Shown in pieces: positions 25,331-37,584 of a DNA stretch of 64,000 nt. Location: assembly GCF_009834535.1 (NCBI RefSeq), contig NC_045696.1, positions 118,484,001 to 118,548,000 of the forward strand, given 5' to 3'. Numbering within the stretch: the first letter of the stretch is position 1; every line of letters begins with the position of its first letter. Made by a program: the position numbers and the translations under genes. The stretch comes from Camelus ferus (Eukaryota). The notes beneath the pieces are model-generated. The model was given only the letters and a program-made list of their open reading frames with translations, was not told the origin of the DNA and made no database searches.

Positions 25331-27059
25331 GCCTGGCAGGGCTACATCCAGAGTCACTCAGGGACCCCTGAGGGACCCCCTTCAACACCTCAGGTATGAA
25401 CAGACACTGGTTTTTCAAATTCCCTCAAATGTGCACACAGTCTTGTTTGATAGTATTTTATTTGGCATTCATTTCTATAATGTTTCTACTTGTGTGTTAT
25501 TATTTAACATAAATAAATGCTTTGTGTTTAAGTGAAAAGTCAGTGTGAAAAAGATTCTGTCCCCATGATTTTTGCAAGATTCATTGGCTAAGATAGTGGC
25601 TTGTGGTAACAGCATCTGCTCAGAATAAACATGTCTTTGTTTAGATCTTTAAAGCCACTCTTGAGAAGTCGAGTGATTTTTATTTGGGGGGCCAAAGAGA
25701 GCTGTGAAACTCTGCAGCAAAGAGAGCTCTGCATGTTTTAGAGGGAAGAGTTTCTTTCCTGAAAAACAACCAATCAGAGTGATTAATTCTGCCTCAAGTA
25801 ACTAAAGAAGAGACTAGAATCTGTGGTTAACTGTTCTCACTAAAAATAAACAAAAAAATCTGCAGACCAACTCTCTGCTTTTTATTTGGTATTTTACAAG
25901 TAAGGCAAAAATCTAGGCTTTTAGGGAGAAATATTTATTTTAAAGAGACTACTTATGCTTTCAAAGCCGTTAATCCTTTGCATGTGTGTTTAGAAAGGCA
26001 CTGTGAGGCCCCGACTGTAAACATATAGAAGTCTCACTACACGGCCCAGAGAGACGTTTGTGCTGTGTCCGAGGCCAGGGCGTGGGGGGCCTGCCCTGCT
26101 TCACCTCTGACTTGCTATTTTACCATCAGAGAGAACATTGAACGTTTTGCTGCCTTGGTCATGACTTGTTCATGACTTGCTTTTTTTTTAAAAGGGGCAG
26201 GTGACTGGTAAGGCCGTAGTTAGCCTGTAATCCCTAAAGGTCATTTCCAGTTCTGAGTGCTGAGAACTAGCTAATCACTTAATTTTCCTTCTTACACACG
26301 AAGTAGCTTGTTCAAGAAGAAAAGGCATCACTTTGAGTTGTTTCTGTGTCATCTTAATGTGACAATCCGAAGACATTGAAAGTTGTAAGTCACAAAGTAG
26401 GACAAAAAGATTATAAGCTTAAAAGTGACAAAATAGGGGAAGAAAGCATAATTCTTTTTAATCTAAGTAACTATGGCCACAGTAAATATTTTATTTGCCC
26501 CCCAAGTATATTAGCTCAGCAAATATATTATTGCTTATTTAAAATATTAAATATATTGATTTTATAGGAATAAAAATCAATACATTCAAGTAGTTAACTG
26601 CATAACCATAATCAGTTAACTTTGTTTTATTTAAATACTTTGGACAGGAAGTCCAAAACAAAGCCACAAATATTTTATCATGAGGAATTTTTAAGTATAT
26701 TTCATCCAATTCAAGCACTTTTATGGTTACCATTTTGGGTATTACCCAAAGTTGGGTTTCCATACTGCAAGGTGGCGGCTGGGCCGCCCACGTGGACCCA
26801 CAGCCGCCCCCGCACACAGCAGGCTGGCCCCTGCCCGGCCCCCAGTGCCCAGGCAGAGGCTGGGGTCGCTCTGCCCAGGGGGTCCTGCCCTAGCACCTGC
26901 TGTGTGAGTAAGGTTCTCATGTGCCACGAGTGACATTGTCCAAGTGTCTTCATATGATCGGGAATGGTTCTTTATTTACCTGATAGTTTTTCCTGGTTTT
27001 GAAGAGGAACTTTGTTTCATTTCTCCACATTGTTTCTTTCTCCAAAATGCTGTTTTTAT

Positions 27060-27470
27060 TCATTTGGCCCACATTTCCTGAGCTCCTGCTGTGTACCAGT
27101 AACATCTAAAATTTCCTGGAAGGCTTGGTTGAGAGACATACAGAGGGATGAACTGGATTCGTGTTGAGTGAAAGGGACACCCGGTTGGCTGGTTCCTTCC
27201 CCCCTTTAACTCTTCACTCGGGTGCCATGTGCTCTCAGCGAGGCCTGTCCCCGTCCCCACCACCTCCTCCCCCAGCACTCCTGGTACCATAGCAGTTATC
27301 ATCTCTGTTACAGTAAATAATTTGCTCATCTTATTTTTTTTTATTTTCTGTCTTCCTCTGACAGTATATCAACACCATGAAGGCAGTGCTTTTCATCTGT
27401 ATTATATTCTGTTACCCGAATACCTACAGTAATGGATGAATGCATGCATGAATGGATGAATGCATGAATG
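27060..27470 (+). mobile_element. LINE-2 3' end
   Basis: caccatgaaggcagtgcttttcatctg... with a (tgaa/tgga)n tail. Confidence 0.6.
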
Positions 27471-27589
27471 GTGACTGAGGAGAAATCACGCTGCTGGTTC
27501 CACTTAAGTTCAGCACGTTGCCTCCTGTGCCAGGTCCTGGGGTGAATCAGGGAGACACGTTCCCCATGCACAGCGCCTGCCGTCTGACG

Positions 27590-27745
27590 TGGTGGCTCCT
27601 AACTGGTGTGCTAACCAGGCACACCGGGGAGCTTGTCACAATGCAGACTGTAGACACTGCAGCGTGGACAGCTCTGCCACGGGGCCCAGAAGTCTATATC
27701 CATAACTCTTCCGGAACCGGCCGGCCATGGACAGCACTTTAAGAA
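27590..27745. mobile_element. MER5A-like hAT MITE
   Basis: caccggggagcttgtcacaatgcagact...ggggcccagaagtctat...cactttaagaag. Confidence 0.6.
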
Positions 27746-28687
27746 GTAGACTCTAGATTGAGAAAAAAGTTGCTACACAAACTGAAAGCCAAACACCTAA
27801 AAACAGAAGCCCAGCTCTTAACTGGTGGTTTCCAAAATGGCAGGTGCGTATACCAGTGCCTGCACAGTGATAGTCAGTGGAGATCGGGAAGAAAATCATG
27901 AAGCTTCTGTTCATTTGCATTTTTCAGCAAAAAAGAGAAAAACTGACTTGTACCTTTTGATGTACAGATCAACACCGGTACCTTCACATGGCCCACATGT
28001 CACCCAGTCACTCATCACCTATGCGGTCTCCTAAGGGAAGAAGGGGCTCCTCCCGCAAAGGCACTGACGGGGACTCCTCCCCCTTCCCTTTGCCTCTGCC
28101 GCCTTGTGCCTTACTGGCATCTCCATATGCCCAGTTCAGTGGATGTTAAATTATCGTAAACATAACATCTTATATTATCTTAAATGATGGCCTAGTTACA
28201 GTATTAAAAAGATGTCAGGGGCCATGAACCTCTGTTGTAGGTTCACTAGCTATCTTCTGCTAAAGAGTTGCCAAATTTAACTTCTTTTTAGAAAAAATAG
28301 ACTTCAAATCTGCTTACCTGTAATGACACACAGCCTTCAGTGTTAAGGTACTATGCAAATATTTTTGAATAAGCAATTTGTCTCTTCAAGATAATGGTGA
28401 CATTTTAATAATGAGTGAAAATAAGAGCTTTTTCAAAAAATTCATGCTATGGAAAGAACATTTTTGAACTGGAATATTTGGAAATGTTTCATCTATTTGC
28501 AATGTTCTTGCCAAAGACAATCTGAGTGCATCACTCATTTACAGCTCTCACAGCACACCAAAAGACTGTGGAAACTGAACTTTCTAACTTGGTTACTCAT
28601 CTTCCAAATGAAGAGATAAAGTCAGGTTTGAATCCATTTTTTAAAGTATGGAACTGTAAGATCCTCCAATTAAATTTTAAGAAGCGC

Positions 28688-29077
28688 TGGATGACGGTTA
28701 GTTTTATGTGTCACCCTGACCGGGCTAAGGGAGGCCCAGGCAGCTGGTAAAACGTTGTCTCTGGGTGTGTCTGTGAGGGTGTTTCCGAAAGTGGTTGGCA
28801 CTTGAATCAGTAAAGATCTAAAAAGATCTGCCCATGTGGGCAGGCGTCATCCAATCCTTGAGGGCCGCCATCGCCTCCCTTCCTCCCCTGGGCCCCCCTC
28901 CCTCCTCCTGTGCCTGCTCCCAGTTCTCAGACCTTGGCGCTTGGTCTGAATCATACCACTGGCTTTCATTTCAGGGTGTCTCACCTCCACAGTCACGTGG
29001 GCCAGTGATAAATCTCCTCTTACTTGGCCATGTCCATCCTGGTGGTTCTGTTCCTCTGTGGTACCCTGACTAATACA
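28688..29077 (+). mobile_element. ERVL MLT2 solo LTR
   Basis: ggttagttttatgtgtca...tctctgggtgtgtctgtgagggtgtttcc...accctgactaataca. Confidence 0.88.
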
Positions 29078-29308
29078 AGCTGATTAACATTAAGGAAGAC
29101 AGAAATTTTACTAACCAAATTTTAACAAAAACCTTGGCATAATAGATGGATTCCAAAGTGAATACCGTACTTTAGCAAGGGCAGCCAAAAACGGCCTTCT
29201 TCCGCTCAGACCTGTATCTCTTGTGAGGTAGCTTTTTCTGGAGGGTCGTTCACCAAAACTGACTATCACAAAGTATTTTAACCAAGATTTTCAAGAGGTA
29301 AAGAAATT

Positions 29309-29509
29309 GGGGGGAGGGTGTAGCTCAGTGGTAGAGCACATGCCTAGCATGCACGAGGTCCTGGGTTCAATCCCCAGCACCTCTCTTAAAAAACAAATAA
29401 ATAAATAAATCTAATTACCCCCACCCTCCAAAAATCCACAAGTAACACCACCACCAACGAAGTAATAAAATTTTTTAATTGAAAGAAAAAGAATAGAAAG
29501 CAATTTAAA
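29309..29509 (+). mobile_element. Camelid tRNA-derived SINE (Vic-1 type)
   Basis: gggggagggtgtagctcagtggtagagcacatgcctagcatgcacgaggtcctgggttcaatccccagcacctc with Pol III A and B boxes, an A-rich tail, and an imperfect duplication (aagaggtaaagaaat / aagaagtgaagaat). Confidence 0.9.
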
Positions 29510-32039
29510 AAGAAGTGAAGAATCTTAGTCAATCACATTATTACTGTTAAACATACATTTTTAGGAAAAGCGAAGAATACCATAATAAATCACTATAAAA
29601 CTGGTTTAAATATAGCTTATTTCATCTCTCTCATTTAAAAATTCTACTGTGAATATCTTTTCTAATGTACATAATAGATTAATATAAGTGATACACGCAT
29701 ATGCTTTGTAAATAAATAAATAGTGTCAGAAGTCAAGCCCCTTGATTTTGACTGGGAAAGAAAGAAAATTGAGAGATTCCTGCTCTAGACCCGTGGCTCC
29801 TGAGTACAGATCCAGCTGGTGCTATCGCTTAGCCGTGCTGAGAGTCCTAGTGCTGGCTCTCAGCGCACAGGGAATTCCGGAGTTCTCACAGACACACCTG
29901 TCAGCAGGTGCAGCTCAGGGAGACACAGGCCTTACCCTGTCCTTATGAATGGGGGAGTTCTCCTGAATTCCTCTAGTTAAACTGATGCTTTAGTATCTTC
30001 TAGACCATTGAATTTCACTGAGAACTGTGCCTATTCCACCCTGGTCCTCCTACTGTGTTCTTGTAACTTGGATACATCATGCACATTTTCTAGGTGATAC
30101 TGATGATGAAAAGGTAATTCCTTTGAAACATTGAGTTTTAGGAATATTACGCATCTTGTAACTTCCTTAGAGATGGTTGAGATGCTACAGATGATGGAAT
30201 TGCACCTTTATTTCCTCCTGAGGCCTGTGGAAGGTGGGGTAAAATACCCAAGCTCACCCAGCATTCAGCAGCATTGCTGAGACCAGTTCCCGCGGCCCCT
30301 GCTTCCAACCTGGAGTCATCCTCCTTCTCCTCCCTCTCCTTGCAGAGTCCTGGAGAGGAACTTCTCACTGCTCCCACACTCACTGCTTCCCCTCCTTCCT
30401 GACGCCACTTCGTTATCAGGTCACTTACAGGGAAGAAAGAAACAAGCTCTTGCACTCCCTGTAGCCCTGCTGGAAGATGCAGTCAGGACAGCAGAGCTCC
30501 TTGGAGGGCCTGGCGCAGGGGCGGCAGGGTCTGCATGCCGGCTCCTGGGGGAGTCTTCCTGCGGTCCTGGGAAGCACGCAGTCCCGAACCAGTGAGCTCT
30601 GGGCCTCTCTCCCTGGCTCTGCCCACGTGTGCCTTTTGACCCTGCTTCTCTCTGCTCCTTTGGCAGGCCCTTACTGACTGACATCTTTTGCTTTTGAAAT
30701 ATACTGAACGTACAAGGGGTATAGTCAGATGTCACCAACCTGGACACCACCTGGTCCTCAAAAACTGTGCTAACCTCTGCCCAGAGGCATTCATGTTACA
30801 TTTAGGGTTTGCCCCCTGCACAGTTGTTGGGTGCACATCAGAATTATTCCCAATCGTTGATAAGCTTGATTTCTGCAAAGGGAGACTGGAAATAACTGTC
30901 CCCTTACCCACCATCTTAGGGATCCTGATGCTTGAGCATCTTTTTTCTGTGCCGTTGCTTCAGTAAATCAAGAGTTTGGGCTTTTCTTCTCCTGCTGCTG
31001 TTCTTAGCTGTTTTGACGGCCCCTCGAGTTTATCTTCTATAGTGTTTGCCGCAAATTGTGTTGAAGAGATACGAAGGGATGAAGCTGAGAAGTATCAGAT
31101 GTTGCACAAAATCGTCAGCCCTGAATCTGCCCCTCGTCGTGCTGTGGGTTGGGGCTGTTTGTGACTGGGCTCTCTCTGGCCTTTCCTTGCAGTTTCTGTT
31201 GTGGTACAAACGCCTGGTTCATCTCTTCCCTCTTGTCCCTCTATAACAACAGCAATAAAAATAGAGAGTATTTCAAATTATTCCACTTAAAAGTAAACAG
31301 TGTATGATGCTTACATGCTTTGAGCTGTCTTTGGGGAAAAGTACCAAGTAGGAAAATTTGAAAAAGGCAGAAAAGTGACTGGAATGGTTAAAGTTGTTAT
31401 TCATAAATTCAGGAAAATGGTAAACCCTTTACCCTCATCTTTCCAGCCAATATCTGGAGAAATCCTGCCATATTTTCTCATAAAGGTTCTAAATGAATGT
31501 GTGTATTATATATTCCACTTATGACAGGATCCACTGAGAAGGATGTCAACTGTTAATTTCAGATCAGCTACTTAAATTTCTCTCATTGATAACATCTGGT
31601 TTAAGCTCTCTTACTTGAACTTCCTTACACTTCAGTCCTAGAGACTAAGCAGCTACGCAGGAAACACTATGTGAAATAGCACTGAACAAAAGCTAAAATT
31701 TCAGAATATACATATTTAGGACTTATTCAAAAGAAACTGACCTCTGATTAAACAAGGGAGATGAGATTTCATTATCACAGAAGTAACAGTTTGGTGCCCT
31801 AAAGGATTTCATTGGAGGGTTTAGTGTGTGTGTGTTGTTGTTATTGTTGTTGTTAAAATTATAGTCATTTTCTACCAACCATCCCTTTTGCTATAGGAAG
31901 GCAAACAATGGAGTATGGATAGTATGAGCATTCTGTTTCCTTCCTCTCCTCTTTTCTCGTCTTCTTCGTTCATTCATTTCTTCCTTCCTTTTTAAAAAAA
32001 AAAAAAGAATTTAATTATGAGCTTCTTGAAAACAGATAA

Positions 32040-33260
32040 TGTAGAAAAGTATCGACAAAGGCTTGGTGAATGAATCCAAAGCTTTGGGTGGTGAACAGTT
32101 GGTTGCATTTCCCAGATACCCACCTGTTGATTGAGTTGGTGGGAAAATACACAGATGAGCAAGTTTGCAAGAATGTTTAGCTATAAGAAGGTTGAATGTG
32201 AGTTAGTTTTGAGTAGGTAGTGGGATATCCAAGAGGAGATGTCCAGAAGGCACCTGGGAATGTGTGTCTAGAGCTCAGAGGAGAGATGTGGACCAGAGAC
32301 ATAGATTTAGAAATCTTGGAATATGGGTACTAATTGTAGTTGAGAAAATGTAGGTAATTTCAGAAATGATACATCGGGGAGATCAGAGGAGGGCTGAGGA
32401 GGGAATCACAGGACAGAACAATCAGGGCAGGAAGAAGGAGCCCGTGGAGAAGACTCAGAATGTGGGAAAACCATGAGAAGAGAGAGTTACATTTTAATTT
32501 TTTATTTTTACTTTTAAATTTTTATTAATTTTTATTTTTTTAATGTAACATTGGTTTATACCCTATAAGTTTCACATGTGCAACATTGTATTTCTACTTC
32601 TGTGTATACTAGAGTGTCACCACCAAAAATTTAGTTTCCATCTGTCAACGTCCTGTTGACCCCCTTTACCCATTTCACCCTCCTCTGCCTCTTCTCCTGG
32701 AAACCACTAATCTGGTCTCTGTGTCTACCTGTTGGTTTGATTTGTTTGTTCTGTTCATTTATTTTGTTTGTTGTCTTCCCCATTCAAGTGATATCATACA
32801 GTACTCATCTTTCTCCCTCTGACTTATTTCACTTAGTGCACTACCCTTAAGGTATATCCACGTTGTCACAAATGACAAGATTTTGTCCTTTTTATGACTG
32901 AGTAGTATTCCATTATATATATACATACATATATATATGTATATAGTTATACACCACATCAGAAAATAGAATTAGAATTGCCCAAGTGTAGATCATCCCA
33001 AGAACATGGAAATGGCTAGTGACACATGTTGTAGAGAGATCAGCTGACATTAAAAATAAACAAGTAACTCTGTTGAAAGTTGCTGAGATATTTAGGGAGC
33101 ACATTGAAGGGGAAATAAAGTGATCTTTCAGACTGAAAAGTGACGTGTGAAGAAAACAGACAAGAGACAAGCAAGAAGATTGTAGATGATTGAGGAGTGG
33201 ATGGAGAGAGTATGGAATCTAGGGCTGAAAATGAATCAACTAGTGTTGACAGCAAAGGGA
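32040..33260 (-). mobile_element. LINE-2 interrupted by an L1
   Basis: gggatatccaagaggagatgtccagaaggcacctgggaatgtgtgtctagagctcagaggagag. Confidence 0.7.
32490..32960 (-). mobile_element. L1 3' end
   Basis: Poly-T, then tgacttatttcacttagt...tatccacgttgtcacaaatgacaagattttgtcctttttatgactgagtagtattccatt. Confidence 0.85.
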
Positions 33261-33529
33261 AAATTAATTGCAAATCCATAGATCCTGTAGCATTTCCCAA
33301 CCAAATCCTTACTAAAGTAATACATCCAATTCTTTATTCTTAATTTTGAGATGTGAAACATTGTAAGGTATTACTGGAAGACATATAAACTGATTATTTA
33401 AAAGATAACACTACCAAAAAAAATCAAGGCTTTATACATGGAACTATGATTATTGAGCCCAAAAAGTAAGCTGAGAATTAATTACCAGCATTCTTCATAC
33501 TTGCGTGAGTTCATATAAGGGAGACCAGC

Positions 33530-33740
33530 CACTGTTGTGTGCAGCCAAAAGAAGTTTGAAGATAGAGATGGATTCCAGTCCTAGCTGTACCCTTACTATC
33601 TCCATGACTTTGGCCTAACCTGTTTCTTCACTTATTAAATGGTGATGAGTTTGTTGTGAAAATTCTGTACAAGATAATGCTTGTAAAGTGCCTAGATGGC
33701 CGAGCACCAGTCAGTGATCACTGATGTTCTCTGGACTTTC
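33530..33740 (+). mobile_element. MIR
   Basis: ggattccagtcctagctgtacccttacta...gataatgcttgtaaagtgcctag. Confidence 0.7.
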
Positions 33741-34169
33741 TGTAAGAGACAAGCACAGCTGAATGGCCTGGACTGCATTTGGGGCGTATTTAAGCTGTGG
33801 AGGTTTTTTCTTTACATTTAGGGTTTTAATTAATGCCTCGTAAATAAGCAACTTCTTAGTTTTCAGTTTTCATTGACATAGTGAACTTCCTAAGTAATTT
33901 AGTGATACAGTGTATTGTTTTGGGTGATATTTTAAAATTAAAATTAAAAATAGCTTTTTATGTAGTTGTATATATACAGCTAAAGTTTGAAGGTTCTAGG
34001 CATCATTGATTATTAAATAGTGCCATCTAGAAAAAGAAGTCACATTTTCATAGTTGATGCGAGCTCTCAGAATAACAAAATCTTTCCTCACTGCTGCACT
34101 GCTTCTCTCCATGACCCTCCCCCACCACACAAACTAGTTAACAACCACTCTTCTTTCTGATTGCTGTTC

Positions 34170-34413
34170 CATTGTCACTTCCTCTGGAAAGCCCTCCCTG
34201 ATCTCCCTGATGAAAAAAAAAATCCTCTTATTATGCACTTTCATAGTGCCATATACTTCCTTTTCTAAGCACTCAGCACAGACACAGTCTTACATTAATG
34301 TGTGTGATTATTTGATTGTCTCATCCTCTAGGTCCTTAAGGGTAGAGTCATGACTATTGTGTCACCATTGTACTCCTGGTATCTAGCACAGTGCCTGATA
34401 CCTAGGAAGTCTT
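34170..34413 (+). mobile_element. LINE-2 3' end
   Basis: tgtcacttcctctggaaagccctccctga...atctagcacagtgcctgatacctagg. Confidence 0.8.
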
Positions 34414-34978
34414 TGGATGGAAGGATTCATGGGTGGATGGATGGATGGATGGATGGATGGATGGATGGATTCATGGGTGGATGGATGGAAGGAAGAATTC
34501 ATGAGTGGATGGATGGATGGATTCATGCATACATGGATGGACAGATGGAAGGATTCATGGGTAGATGGGTGGGTGGTTGGATGGAAGGATGGGTGGATGG
34601 ATGGTTGGACTCATGGATTCATGGATGGATGGATGGAAGGAATCGTGGGTGGTTGGATGGATGGATGGGTGGGTGGATGGATTCATGGGTGGATGGATGG
34701 AAGAATTCATGAGTGGGTGGGATGGAAGGATTCGTGGGTGGATGGATGGGTGGGTGGATGGATTCGTGGGTGGGTGGATGGATTCGTGGGTGGGTGGATG
34801 GAAGAATAAGTAGATGGATGGATAGACTCATGGATGGATGGATGGATGGAAGGATTCATGGGTGGTTGGACGGATGGATAGATAGATGGGTGGGTGAATG
34901 GAAGGATTCATGGGTAGATGGATGGATGAATTTGTGGATGGATGGATGGGAGGATTCATGAGTGGATGGATGGATGGA
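34414..34978. repeat. Complex (GGAT/GGGT)n microsatellite, about 565 bp
   Basis: TGGA runs punctuated by recurrent GGATTC(A/G)TGG. Confidence 0.95.
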
Positions 34979-35749
34979 GACAGAAGAATGTTTCTTTCCG
35001 TACTATCTTCACCCTAGGTCTGGGCTGTCTTCCTGCTGCTTGGATTGCTCTTTCTGCCCCTCTTCTGCTGGCAACACTTCCCAACCTTCCTCCCCATCCA
35101 GCTTAAATAGCACCTCTTGGTTTTAAAATGGCATGCAGCTTCTCACAGTTTCCTAGTAAAACTCCTATGAAGACCCAAACAAACAAAAACAACATCACAC
35201 CACAAAAATAAAATAAAGTCAGACAACCTACTGCCTGCAAGGAGTTCAACTCAATTAGGAAAAGTTAATTATATTGCCTATATTTTTCTTTATAAAGCAG
35301 AGGACCATCCACATCCACTCAGCCAGCTGCTCCTTTATGAAATAACCCATCAAACAGGGGTGATCAGGTAGTCATGGCCAACCCATGTGCCCTCTGCTTA
35401 CTAACCTCCCCCGTTGAAACAAGCTACCTCTGTGACTACTCACGACTTGTTTCCATTTTTGTTACCTGAATTGTAACCATGAGAGTACATATTGGATGCA
35501 GGGAGTTAGGATTCTGTTCATCCAGTAAAACTTGGAGACCACACATGTCGCCAGCTAGCCTTTTTGGAGCTTCTTTCTAAAATGGGCGTCAAGGCAGCAT
35601 CGTTGGCGTCATACTGAGGAAAGGATGTGTGTGGGCATTTAAGACGTGCCTTCTCTCTGAGCCTTCCATTAGTTATGTGTACGTGCAGGTCAGATATATC
35701 TTCACCCTACTTCTCTGCAACTATTTCTTTAATAGTCAGACTCTGGTGA

Positions 35750-36700
35750 GCTCTTCGGTTTACCTAGTTCACAGACAGTCATTGAGCACATACCATGTAC
35801 CACACACTTTGGAAGAGACAGAGAGGATACAAACGGAGATCTGGACATGGCTCAGCCCTCAGTGAACTTACACTCTACATAGAAGACAGACATGTACACA
35901 GGTAACCATAATGTAAGGCAAGAAGGGATAAATGCAGAATTAACCTAAAATGAGCCTGCTGTCGGAATGGAGGTGGCAGAGTGATGTGGAAATTCACAAA
36001 AGCCTTTGTGTAGGAGAAGCGTTTAAACTAAGAATGAGGAGGAGTCCAGGAAGTAGAGTAATGAATAGACACCCCTGATCCGAGGGAGCGTGTGACCTTA
36101 TGTCTGGAGATTCAGGGAACGTCCTTAGATAGTTGTGAATGAAATGTAGGGTGCATAGTGGGTGGTGTGAGTTGTACTTTAGGGCCCAGGTTGTGGAGGT
36201 CCTTAAATATCGTGCTAAGAAATAGGGACTTTATTCGATTGGCAACGGAGACTTGATTCAGAACTAAAGAAGGGGACTAAAAACAATCAGGCCCATGTAT
36301 TTGGAAGGTAATTCTGGTGGCATTCATCATACGTATGGATCAGAGGGGAATGAGATTAGAGACGTGATATGGTCAAGGCAAAAATTAAGACAGGCCTGAA
36401 CTACAGTGAGGGTCCTGGTGACAGAGCAGTGTGCTCCTGCCCCAGAGTCACTGAGGAGGCAGGGAGGCAGAGAGATAGACCTCGCCCAGCCCCAGATGTT
36501 TCGTGTCCTGGGACCGGAGTTCTAAGAAGTGGTCTGAAATGATAATACCGGGGACGGAGGCTTGGGAGTTTTTGTGGAGAGATGAATATAAAAAGAACTG
36601 GACAAGAGGATTGAAATTGAGGGTCTATTTCAAAGGTCACAAAGAGTTACTGTCAGTTATATAAGGTTCCCTTTGTGTGTGGGGTAGGTGGATGGGTAGA
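35750..36700 (-). mobile_element. LINE-2
   Basis: cattgagcacataccatgtaccacacac...ttggaaggtaattctggtggca. Confidence 0.65.
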
Positions 36701-37210
36701 TATGTGAGTTTGTAGTGAAATCCTATAGTTGGTGCCATTTAAGACTTCTAAGTGACCTTCAAAGTTCAGCTTGATGGCATCGGAACTTGCAGATCTTCGA
36801 AGGCCTATGTGAAAAGATCTAGTCCTACATGGGGCCAAAAAGGTAGTCTAAATAAAGTAAGCCTGACAGTGTACGACAGGCTTTTGCTAAAAGAGTAACA
36901 AGTTCAGCCAGAATTGTATTCTTCATACCTGTTTAACCTACAATATATGTGATGTGATGAGTACAAAATCTAATCCAAGAAGGATATGAAATACTTCTTA
37001 TCTTTTATACTAAGTAGAATTTTAAAATTAAGCTTTGTTTTTAATTTAGTGCACAGAAGTATAAATAAGAAATCAGAAAATGGTCCCTACCTGTGAGCTC
37101 ATTGTAGCAATAACTCCCATTGATGGAGGGATGGGCGTGGAGTGATAACGGCACTGATAAGGGAATGACAGCTGTGTAGCAACATGCAAAGTGGAAAAAC
37201 GAAATCTCTG

Positions 37211-37476
37211 GGGATGGAGGGATAAAGTAGGGACTTGGCATTAACAGATACACACTACTACATGTAAAATGCATAAATAACAAAGTCCTACTGTACAGCA
37301 CAGGGAACTATATTCAGTATCTTGTAATAACCTATAATAGAAAAGACTATATATGTGTGTGTATAAATGTATATATGTGTGTATAAATGTATATGTGTGT
37401 ATGTATATAAAGCCGAATCATGCTGTACACCAGAAACTAACACAACATTGTAAATCAACTCTACTTCAACTAAAAA
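37211..37476 (+). mobile_element. Short L1 3' end (artiodactyl type)
   Basis: gtcctactgtacagcacagggaactatattcagtatcttgtaataacctataat...tgctgtacaccagaaactaacacaacattgtaaatcaact. Flanked by aaatctctg / aagtctctg. Confidence 0.88.
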
Positions 37477-37584
37477 AAGTCTCTGTCCAGTCCTCTTTGA
37501 CCTGCGTCCATCCTTTTCTTCTAGGGAAAAAAAAAGTGTGTGTGTTTGTGTGTATGCATTTACCAGTAGATATCAAATTTCTTG

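Larger units (their letters stand above)
28180..29725 (+). mobile_element. hAT-Charlie transposon remnant (transposase C-terminus), interrupted by MLT2 and a SINE
   Basis: Degenerate transposase-like text: gctttttcaaaaaattcatgctatggaaagaac (about AFQKKLMLWKE) and gtatctcttgtgaggtagctttttct (about YLCEVAFS, hAT dimerisation domain). Confidence 0.65.

Noticed and set aside
29309..29385. tRNA-Ala-like gene
   Set aside because: Followed by a SINE body, A-rich tail and target-site duplication, and a second copy lies at about 61.0 kb. It is a SINE head.
34350..34961. Several WMDG/HPSI-rich ORFs, and a superficially CRISPR-like repeat array
   Set aside because: Translation artefacts of a (GGAT)n microsatellite. 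No unique spacers, and the DNA is mammalian.
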